Part shown: piece by piece, positions 56,937 to 64,000 of the stretch
How positions within the stretch are numbered: position 1 is the first letter of the stretch
Layout: every line of letters begins with the position of its first letter
NCBI GenBank assembly: GCA_041742135.1
Contig: JBGSJG010000001.1
Coordinates: 3,151 to 67,150, forward strand
Source of the DNA: Patescibacteria group bacterium
GTDB lineage: Bacteria > Patescibacteriota > Microgenomatia > UBA8517
Reading direction: 5' to 3'
DNA length: 64,000 nt
Program-made: the position numbers and the translations under genes
Notes under the pieces: generated by a model
The model's input: the letters and a program-made list of their open reading frames with translations, nothing else
Database searches by the model: none
What the model was told of the DNA's origin: nothing

Positions 56937-57609
56937 TTGCCTCCTTAGCTACTTCAACCACTTCTGGTTCCTGCTTCTCTGAGATTCTTCTAATTATGAG
57001 GAGTGATCCGGGAACTCCTGGGACAGGCCCTGAAAGATGAAGTTCATTTTGATCAGGGTCCACTGCAACTACATGAAGATTTTTTACACTGATTGTTTCA
57101 TTACCCATTCTTCCAGCCATTCTTTTGCCTTTCCACACACGCCCCGGGCTTGTTCCTTGGCCGATTGATCCTGGTGCTCGGTGACGGTCCGACTGGCCGT
57201 GAGTCTTTGGGCCTCCGGCAAAGCCGTGTCGCTTCATGCCTCCTGCGAAACCTTTACCTTTAGAGACTCCGGTAACAGAGACTGTGTCTCCGACCGTAAA
57301 TATGTCAGAAACTTTGACAACATCGCCAGCCTTTTCAGTAGGCTCCGCATACACTCTTACCTCACGCAAAAAACGAGGGGCCTTGTTTTCGTGAATGGCC
57401 CCTTTTAAATGTCCTTGTAGTGGCTTGGTAATGTTTTTAATTCTTTTAGTACCCATACCAAGCTGAACTCCGAAGTATCCGTCAGTAGCTTCAGTTTTAA
57501 CTTGGGTGACAACGCAAGGCCCAGCGTTTATTACACTCACTGGTACACGATTGTTATCCACAAACGCTTGTGTCATTTTTGCTTTTGTGCCTAAAATTGT
57601 ATTCAACAT
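56926..57609 (-). CDS. rplC: 50S ribosomal protein L3
   Basis: SKGKGFAG, RAPGSIG, GKRMAGRMG. Confidence 0.97.
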   Translation of the reverse strand: MLNTILGTKAKMTQAFVDNNRVPVSVINAGPCVVTQVKTEATDGYFGVQLGMGTKRIKNITKPLQGHLKGAIHENKAPRFLREVRVYAEPTEKAGDVVKVSDIFTVGDTVSVTGVSKGKGFAGGMKRHGFAGGPKTHGQSDRHRAPGSIGQGTSPGRVWKGKRMAGRMGNETISVKNLHVVAVDPDQNELHLSGPVPGVPGSLLIIRRISEKQEPEVVEVAKEANES

Positions 57610-57625
57610 ATTAGTAACTTAATCC

Positions 57626-57649
57626 AAAAAAACAGCGCCCGAAGGCGCT
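57626..57649 (-). terminator. intrinsic terminator in the rplC leader
   Basis: AGCGCC-TTCG-GGCGCT-G-T7, ending 16 nt before the rplC ATG. Confidence 0.75.
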
Positions 57650-57708
57650 AGCTAGCTTCCTTCAAACTAAACTTCGAGGTTACGGGCTAATCCACCTCAT
57701 GTGAGAGG

Positions 57709-57737
57709 ATTATATCAAATGAGGGGAGCTTAGGCAA
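57709..57737 (-). promoter_or_regulatory. sigma70 promoter for the rplC operon
   Basis: TTGCCT-17 nt-TATAAT with extended TG. Confidence 0.75.
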
Positions 57738-57747
57738 GAAATACTCA

Positions 57748-58230
57748 CTAACAGAATAACAACCCAAGAGTTTTGTGGATTTCTTCACGAGATCCTTGTA
57801 AGGCGCATAGACCGTCAACTTTTTTCACTAACCTTGGAGCTGTTTCCTGAAGTTTCCTAATCCTATCTCCCCTGTTTAGTCCCTCGTTATCTGGTTCAAT
57901 GAACTGACCTGGAGTCAGACATAATATTTCACCGTCTTTTCTCAGCGCATATGTGTGGTACATTGGCTTACCTCCATCTCTCGACACGACAGCACCAGTG
58001 CTTATCTCAAACCCATATGGCAAAACATTGAGGGCTCGAGCCCAAAACCCGCACACAGGCATCTCACCATACTCCCTCTTGTTAAGATCAAATGCTGCTA
58101 AATAGTCCGGGAAGGCTGACAGGTTTTTTCTTCTATCAATTCTTTCCTCTTCCATGGCACCAACAATAGTATCCCGATTCTCAATAATCCAAGTATCAAC
58201 AGATAAAAGTCTTTCAGCGTTGAGTGACAT
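57748..58230 (-). CDS. orphan protein, putative transglutaminase/papain-like fold
   Basis: PVCGFWARAL...YHTYAL...ILCLTPGQF. Confidence 0.6.
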   Translation of the reverse strand: MSLNAERLLSVDTWIIENRDTIVGAMEEERIDRRKNLSAFPDYLAAFDLNKREYGEMPVCGFWARALNVLPYGFEISTGAVVSRDGGKPMYHTYALRKDGEILCLTPGQFIEPDNEGLNRGDRIRKLQETAPRLVKKVDGLCALQGSREEIHKTLGLLFC

Positions 58231-58285
58231 AACAATATATTATCTCAGAAACATGGGGTAAAATGCAAAAAACTATAGGGGAAGA

Positions 58286-58594
58286 TTACATCTTCACTTC
58301 AATCGATACTCCTGCTGGGAGATCGAGATTAGAAAGCATGTCAATTGTGCGCTCCGAGGGGTCTAAAATATCGATAAGTCTTTTGTGAACCAAAATTTCA
58401 AAATGTTCTTGGGCGTCTTTATGCTTAAAGGGCGACTCAAGTGTAGGGATAATTGTTCGCTTGGTTGGAAGAGGAATAGGACCGATAATTTTAGCACCAG
58501 AAGCCATAGCGCTGTCGAGAATTTTCGCAGCTGCTTCGTCTATGACCCTGTGGTCGTAGCTTTTTAGCTTAACTCTTAGTCTGCCTGCTGGCAT
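58286..58594 (-). CDS. rpsJ: 30S ribosomal protein S10
   Basis: RVKLKSYDH, GPIPLPT, HKRLIDI. Confidence 0.97.
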   Translation of the reverse strand: MPAGRLRVKLKSYDHRVIDEAAAKILDSAMASGAKIIGPIPLPTKRTIIPTLESPFKHKDAQEHFEILVHKRLIDILDPSERTIDMLSNLDLPAGVSIEVKM

Positions 58595-58636
58595 ATATCG
58601 GTTCCTTTAATGTGCTTGCCGCTTACGCGGTGGGGA

Positions 58637-59833
58637 TTATTTAAGAATCTTGGCAATGGCTCCTGCCCCAACAGTGTGGCCACCTTCACGAATTGCAAAT
58701 CTCATACCTTCTTCCAAAGCGACTGGGACAATAAGTTTCACAGTCATCTTGGCGGAATCCCCCGGCATAATCATCTCAACACCTTCCTGCAGTATTACTT
58801 CACCTGTGATGTCAGCAGTTCGGATAAAGAACTGAGGCTTATAACCTGTAAAGAATGGCGAATGGCGTCCACCCTCGTCTTTGCTTAGAATATAAACTTC
58901 TGCTTCAAATTCTGTGTGAGGTGTAATTGAGCCTGGCTTAGCTAAAACTTGTCCGCGCTCGACATCGTCTTTCTCTTTACCTCTCAAAAGAACTCCTACG
59001 TTGTCACCAGCTTGTGTTTCATCAAGTGTCTTTCTAAACATTTCAAGACCTGTAACTGTAACTTTCTCTGTGGCCTTAAGTCCAACGATTTCAACTTCCT
59101 CGTTTACCTTCAAAACTCCGCGCTCAACTCTGCCTGTGACGACTGTACCTCGACCCTTGATCGAGAAAACATCCTCGACAGACATCAAAAATGGCTTGTC
59201 TGTTTCGCGAGCTGGCTCCGGAATATACTCATCGACCTTGTTCATAAGCTCCATAATCTGCTTTTCAGCTTCAGGGTCACCTTCCAAAGCCTTTAGAGCA
59301 CTCCCACGAATTACTGGAATCTCATCTCCTGGGAATTCATATTTCTTGAGAAGATCGCGTACATCTTGCTCAACCAAATCGACGATTTCAGGATCATCAA
59401 CTGTGTCGACTTTGTTAAGAAAGACAACCAATGCTGGGACGTTGACCTGTCTGGCCAAAATAACGTGTTCACGAGTCTGAGGCATAGGACCGTCTGCAGC
59501 AGAGATGACAAGAATAGCTCCGTCCATCTGAGCCGCACCGGTGATCATGTTCTTAATATAATCGGCGTGTCCTGGGGCATCGATGTGAGCATAATGCCTT
59601 TTCTCTGTTTCGTATTCAATGTGAGTAATATTGATTGTGACTCCACGCTCTTTTTCTTCAGGAGCATTGTCAATTTCATCAAATCTGTAAGCTTTATTTC
59701 CGGGAACGTGCTTGGAGAGAACTGTTGAAATAGCTGCAGTTAAAGTGGTTTTACCATGATCAACGTGACCAATGGTGCCAATATTAACGTGTGGCTTGGT
59801 TCTGTTAAATTTCTGCTTTGTGTCAGCGGCCAT
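58637..59833 (-). CDS. tuf: elongation factor Tu
   Basis: [25 protein letters not shown]. Confidence 0.98.
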   Translation of the reverse strand: MAADTKQKFNRTKPHVNIGTIGHVDHGKTTLTAAISTVLSKHVPGNKAYRFDEIDNAPEEKERGVTINITHIEYETEKRHYAHIDAPGHADYIKNMITGAAQMDGAILVISAADGPMPQTREHVILARQVNVPALVVFLNKVDTVDDPEIVDLVEQDVRDLLKKYEFPGDEIPVIRGSALKALEGDPEAEKQIMELMNKVDEYIPEPARETDKPFLMSVEDVFSIKGRGTVVTGRVERGVLKVNEEVEIVGLKATEKVTVTGLEMFRKTLDETQAGDNVGVLLRGKEKDDVERGQVLAKPGSITPHTEFEAEVYILSKDEGGRHSPFFTGYKPQFFIRTADITGEVILQEGVEMIMPGDSAKMTVKLIVPVALEEGMRFAIREGGHTVGAGAIAKILK

Positions 59834-59895
59834 ATATGTATTATAAGTATTTTCTGGGCAAATTCAACTCCCGATTTCATCTCAGGATAAATGCA

Positions 59896-59924
59896 AGTAT
59901 ATTGAGGCCAAATAATTCTGTCAA
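59896..59924 (-). promoter_or_regulatory. sigma70 promoter for tuf
   Basis: TTGACA-17 nt-TATACT. Confidence 0.8.
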
Positions 59925-59944
59925 GAGCTAAATTTGGTTAACGC

Positions 59945-60541
59945 CTAAGCATCCATGTGATCATAATCGGCCATGGACCATGAGGGGTATTCGCTGTATT
60001 TTGGAGCTAGAAGTTCGAGAGATCCCGTTGCGTTGGCTGGTACGAACAGTCTTGCATCTATGTATCTATCCTGGTGAGCATATGGGGCATGCTCAATCGA
60101 GCCAAAAAACGGCGTGTAAAGCGATGGGTAGTAGCAAATACTTACCGGCGTAGCCTGCACGCCTGTAGGATCAAAGATTAATCTTGTTTCTGGCATCGTG
60201 CCTGCTTCACCACTCGGCCCGACAAGCTCGAGCCAACAATGCGAGCTTGTCAGTGCCCACACCAGCCGCCTATCGGCCACAGAAGCTGGCAAGCTTCCTT
60301 CCGACAGAGCAACCATTGCTTGATTAAAAAAGCTTTCGCAATATTTTGGCCTCCAGTACTGACCGGTGGACCGATAAAGACCTTCCAAATAGCCAACGAT
60401 CGGTGTATCTGCCAATAATTGAGGGGTGAAAAATCCTAAATACTCTTCAAATGGAGGCATGTGGGTTGCCAAATAATCGGCAGGTAAATCTCGTTGGGTA
60501 TATACGATCTGGTCATAACCGGGGTGAACCGTTTCTACCAT
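59945..60541 (-). CDS. orphan protein with transglutaminase-like Cys-His-Asp triad
   Basis: KYCESF...SHCWLE...IFDPTG. Confidence 0.62.
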   Translation of the reverse strand: MVETVHPGYDQIVYTQRDLPADYLATHMPPFEEYLGFFTPQLLADTPIVGYLEGLYRSTGQYWRPKYCESFFNQAMVALSEGSLPASVADRRLVWALTSSHCWLELVGPSGEAGTMPETRLIFDPTGVQATPVSICYYPSLYTPFFGSIEHAPYAHQDRYIDARLFVPANATGSLELLAPKYSEYPSWSMADYDHMDA

Positions 60542-60552
60542 GAAGTCAAAAA

Positions 60553-62718
60553 TTACGCAGCGTTCGCCATACCACGCTTGGCGATAATGTTTTCAGTGAT
60601 ATTCTTGGGTACTTCCTCATAGTGGGAAGGCTCCATGTAAAAGCTTGCACGCCCTTGGGTGATGGAACGTAGTGTTGTTGCATAACCACTCATTTCCGCA
60701 AGTGGCACAGTTGCGTTTATCGCCGTAAATATGCCTTTTTGTTCAGTTCCAGAGATTTGTGCGCGCTTACTGCTTAAGTCCCCGATGATGTCTCCCATGA
60801 AGTCTTCTGGTGTAGAAACTTCAACTTTCATAATAGGCTCAAGCATTACCATATCAGCTTGGCGTGCCGCGGTTTCAACTGCCATCGATCCCGCGATCTT
60901 AAAGGCAATTTCAGACGAGTCGACATCGTGGTAGGATCCATCAAAAACGGTGACTTTAAGATCCACCATCGGGAACCCTGCCAAGATTCCGTTTTCAAGC
61001 TTTTCAACTACACCCTTTTGAATTGGTGAAATGTATTCTTGAGGAATTGCGCCACCTTTAATTGCAGAAATAAACTCAAAACCTTCACCCCTACCTTTAG
61101 GCTCAACTTTGAGCCAACAATGGCCATACTGCCCGCGGCCACCGGTTTGCCTGATATACTTGCCTTCACCTTCGGCATTTTTCTTAATTGTTTCTTTGTA
61201 AGCAACTTGCGGGGCACCGATTGACGCTTCAACGTTAAATTCACGTTTCATGCGATCTACTAACACTTCAAGCTGAAGCTCTCCCATTCCCGAGATTATG
61301 GTTTGGGCAGTTTCTGGGTTACTTTTAATCTTAAAAGTTGGATCTTCGTCCGAAAGCTTGTTTAGTGCCAAGCCCATTTTCTCTTGATCTGTTTTAGTTT
61401 TAGGCTCAATTGCAAGAGAGATAACCGGCTCTGGAAATTCTATCGACTCCAAGAGAATTGGATGCGCCGGGTCACTAATTGAGTCTCCAGTTGAAGTGTC
61501 TCGAACTCCCACAACAGCCACGATTTCTCCTGCATAAGCTTCGTCAATAAGCTCCCTTTGATCAGCATGCATAAGAACGAGCTTTCCAATACGCTCAGAA
61601 GTTTGTTTACTTACGTTATACACGGCCTGGCCCGCCTTTACAGTCCCTGAATAAATTCGCATATAAACCAAGCGGCCTACGTGAGGGTCTGTTATGACCT
61701 TAAAGCCCAGTGCCGCGAGCGGCTCTTTGTTGTCGGTTTTGCGCTCTTCTTCAGCACCGGTTTTAGGATTAGTACCTTTGATTGACGGGACATCAATAGG
61801 AGAGGGCAAATACTCAACAACTGCATCAAGCATAAGCTGCACGGTTGCTGTCCTGTTGTCTCCACCCAAAATCGGGAAAAACTTGACGGCAATCACACCT
61901 TTTCTGATGGCTTTTTTAATGTCTGCCTCAGATAATTCCGCGCCTTCAAGATATTTTTGCAAAACCTCGTCGTCAAACTCAGCAACTTTTTCGATTAATT
62001 CCTCGCGGTACTTTTTGGCCGCTTCGAGCATATCTGCCGGAATTTCTTCTTCGGTAAGCTTGTTATCCTCAATAGCGGCATAGGTATAAGCCTTCATACG
62101 GAGAAGGTCCACCACTCCACGGTGGGCGTGTTCCTGCCCTATCGGCAAAATTACAGGGTGAGCATTAGCTCCAAGCCTGTCATGAATTGATTTGATGCTA
62201 CTTTCAAAATCCGCACCTATTAAATTAAGTTTGTTTAAAACACAAATGCGTGGAACGTGATAACGATCTGCTTGTCTCCAAACAGTTTCAGATTGGGACT
62301 CAACACCTGTTCTGCCATCAAACACCATAACTGCGCCATCCAAAACTCGAAGTGATCTTTCAACTTCAGCCGTAAAGTCAATGTGCCCGGGAGTGTCAAT
62401 TATGTTTATTCGATAATGTCCATTTTCAACTGAAGATGGTGACTGCAAATCCCAAAAGGTGGTAATGGCTGCAGAGACAATAGTAATTCCACGCTCGCGC
62501 TCCTGCTCCATCCAGTCGGTCGCGGTTGTTCCATCATCAACGGACCCCAACTTATAAGTCTTACCAGTTTCATACAAAATGCGCTCTGTGGTTGTGGTTT
62601 TACCGGCATCAATGTGAGCGATAATGCCGATATTTCGGATCTTTTCAAAAGGCACCAAGCGATCCTTGGTAATCGTACTGACGATGGCTGATTTTTTCTT
62701 GGTGACTTGTGCTGGCAT
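60553..62718 (-). CDS. fusA: elongation factor G
   Basis: [33 protein letters not shown]. Confidence 0.97.
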   Translation of the reverse strand: MPAQVTKKKSAIVSTITKDRLVPFEKIRNIGIIAHIDAGKTTTTERILYETGKTYKLGSVDDGTTATDWMEQERERGITIVSAAITTFWDLQSPSSVENGHYRINIIDTPGHIDFTAEVERSLRVLDGAVMVFDGRTGVESQSETVWRQADRYHVPRICVLNKLNLIGADFESSIKSIHDRLGANAHPVILPIGQEHAHRGVVDLLRMKAYTYAAIEDNKLTEEEIPADMLEAAKKYREELIEKVAEFDDEVLQKYLEGAELSEADIKKAIRKGVIAVKFFPILGGDNRTATVQLMLDAVVEYLPSPIDVPSIKGTNPKTGAEEERKTDNKEPLAALGFKVITDPHVGRLVYMRIYSGTVKAGQAVYNVSKQTSERIGKLVLMHADQRELIDEAYAGEIVAVVGVRDTSTGDSISDPAHPILLESIEFPEPVISLAIEPKTKTDQEKMGLALNKLSDEDPTFKIKSNPETAQTIISGMGELQLEVLVDRMKREFNVEASIGAPQVAYKETIKKNAEGEGKYIRQTGGRGQYGHCWLKVEPKGRGEGFEFISAIKGGAIPQEYISPIQKGVVEKLENGILAGFPMVDLKVTVFDGSYHDVDSSEIAFKIAGSMAVETAARQADMVMLEPIMKVEVSTPEDFMGDIIGDLSSKRAQISGTEQKGIFTAINATVPLAEMSGYATTLRSITQGRASFYMEPSHYEEVPKNITENIIAKRGMANAA

Positions 62719-62756
62719 ATCCGCTTACAAAAATAATCCCCTCACTGGGGAACTCA

Positions 62757-62785
62757 ATTGTATCAAGCGAGCGTGGTAAAATCAA
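62757..62785 (-). promoter_or_regulatory. sigma70 promoter for fusA
   Basis: TTGATT-17 nt-TACAAT with extended TG. Confidence 0.65.
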
Positions 62786-62788
62786 TAA

Positions 62789-63073
62789 ATGAAAGAGCAT
62801 CTCACACGAATGATCTCCTTATTGATAGTTTGTCTGATTCTCTTCGTTGTGTGGGAGTTTTTGCTGTTTCTGAGAGTCGTACCTAGCACACTTAACCATC
62901 GCACAATCTCAAATTGCGAAAGCGCTCAATGCTTCCTTGGAACTACATGTGTTAATGATAAAAAATTATACGTACTCCGAGACACTGGCTTCATGGGCAC
63001 CTCACCATCAGAAACATATAGCTGTATATCTTGGATAGAAAATGGATTAATTAGCTTGGGTATTAAGCAATGA
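62789..63073 (+). CDS. small membrane-anchored Cys-rich protein
   Basis: N-terminal TM helix; ATG 6 nt after TAAAAT. Confidence 0.65.
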   Translation: MKEHLTRMISLLIVCLILFVVWEFLLFLRVVPSTLNHRTISNCESAQCFLGTTCVNDKKLYVLRDTGFMGTSPSETYSCISWIENGLISLGIKQ

Positions 63074-63339
63074 AATCAAACAATAAACATAATCAACTCG
63101 CTTTAATTTTTTTCTTCTTTATTGCGACATTTACCGTCTTGTCTTGGCAATTATATCTTTATTTTGCTTTCAATAAATCTTTTCTATCCACATGTCCGTT
63201 TGGAATGGTAGAAGTTAAGCAAACAAACAACGAGGCTGGTTTGTACAGGTTCCATGCTCCATATGGATTTATGGAAACAAATAGATGTAACGCGTGGATG
63301 ACTCCGGCCTTTGAGGCTTTTGGTATACAGCCATTTTAG
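63070..63339 (+). CDS. small membrane-anchored protein, apparent paralog of the upstream ORF
   Basis: ATGA overlap; TM helix followed by LY...GFM.T...C..W...GI. Confidence 0.6.
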   Translation: MKSNNKHNQLALIFFFFIATFTVLSWQLYLYFAFNKSFLSTCPFGMVEVKQTNNEAGLYRFHAPYGFMETNRCNAWMTPAFEAFGIQPF

Positions 63340-63421
63340 CAATTTACCACGGTTCGTATTATATATTACAACCACAGAGGCCAAGTGCCGTTCATTTGCT
63401 GTGGATGGTATAATTGTTTCT

Positions 63422-64000
63422 GTGACAGAGAAAAAAACTCTCTTTAGTCGCAAAATCTTCGCAATTTTCTTTGCATTTTTGGCATTTCAGCTCCTGTTTT
63501 TCCCTTTTTATAACAACCAATTTGGCCACATAGCGGTTCCTATCTTTGGCACGATCGGATTTTTTTTGACAATACTTTCTGCCAACTTATCAAATTTAAT
63601 TATCGTACAAGGCAGAAGGTCTAGAATGTTTCTTGCTTCGGCTGCGTTCTCGGTTTTGTGTGCTGGCCTAAGTTTGTTTCGCGCAAGCACGATCGACAAC
63701 ATCCTGCTTTCATTTTTGTCTCTGCTTTGGTGGGTAATATCTTATTATCTTGCTATCGCTCCGAAATCTTTAGACTCACTTAGTAGCGTCCTCTTAGTTC
63801 CTATTGGAATTTTTAATTCTTGGGTCAAGGCCTCACAAATGCTTATATCTAAAGCTTCAAAACTTAAATCCTCCCAGTCAAAAATTAACTTCAGGTTTTT
63901 AATGTTGGCAATTGGCATTGTGATTACGATCCCTGTGGCGACAGTTATTATTCTTCTTTTGTCCTCTGCCGATCCGGTATTTCGCTTCTATGTTGAGAGG
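63422..64000 (+). CDS. DUF4153/DUF4173-like membrane protein (runs off the window)
   Basis: GTG start after TGGTATAAT; frame open to the window end; multiple TM helices with IPVATVIILLLSSADPVF. Confidence 0.75.
   Translation, partial: MTEKKTLFSRKIFAIFFAFLAFQLLFFPFYNNQFGHIAVPIFGTIGFFLTILSANLSNLIIVQGRRSRMFLASAAFSVLCAGLSLFRASTIDNILLSFLSLLWWVISYYLAIAPKSLDSLSSVLLVPIGIFNSWVKASQMLISKASKLKSSQSKINFRFLMLAIGIVITIPVATVIILLLSSADPVFRFYVER

Noticed and set aside
58617-58630. small CCGC-TTAC-GCGG hairpin between tuf and rpsJ, plus weak stems at 9071-9101 and 63372-63404
   Set aside because: The stems are short, have no clear U-tract, and show no recurrence, so they cannot be called.

Overview
This window looks like a Patescibacteria (CPR) chromosome, most like Microgenomates. 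The evidence is the missing rpmD/uL30, shortened AspRS, RelA, RecJ, RNase Y and uL2, a compact RNase P RNA, and many apparently leaderless promoters. Bases 1-9014 form an AT-rich accessory island that abuts the 3' end of tRNA-Gln(CTG). It is packed with nucleotide- and phosphate-processing enzymes: Ppx-like, SDR, an NDT-like/RHH regulator, cytidylyltransferase, GT2, an APH-like kinase, three NUDIX domains, two YjjX fusions, CYTH, Ham1/RdgB, ASCH and a nucleotidyltransferase. Bases 9.7-42 kb are mostly housekeeping genes (gltX, dacA, aspS, relA, recJ, cca, secDF, nth, dtd, rnpB, miaA, hup, rny, recX, recA, tRNA-Pro, a MacAB-like exporter). Bases 43-62.7 kb hold the fusA/tuf/S10/spc/alpha ribosomal cluster, broken up by orphan genes. 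The most notable observations are: (1) EF-G has altered guanine-specificity motifs (NKLN for NKxD, GGD for GSA); (2) two orphan Cys-His-(Asp) transglutaminase/papain-like genes flank tuf-rpsJ; (3) a structured leader ending in a terminator precedes rplC; (4) the nucleotide-processing island itself; (5) a small CC1/Cren7-like candidate chromatin protein; (6) tRNA-derived repeats and a palindromic element inserted in frame in cca. All calls come from motif recognition by eye; no searches were run.
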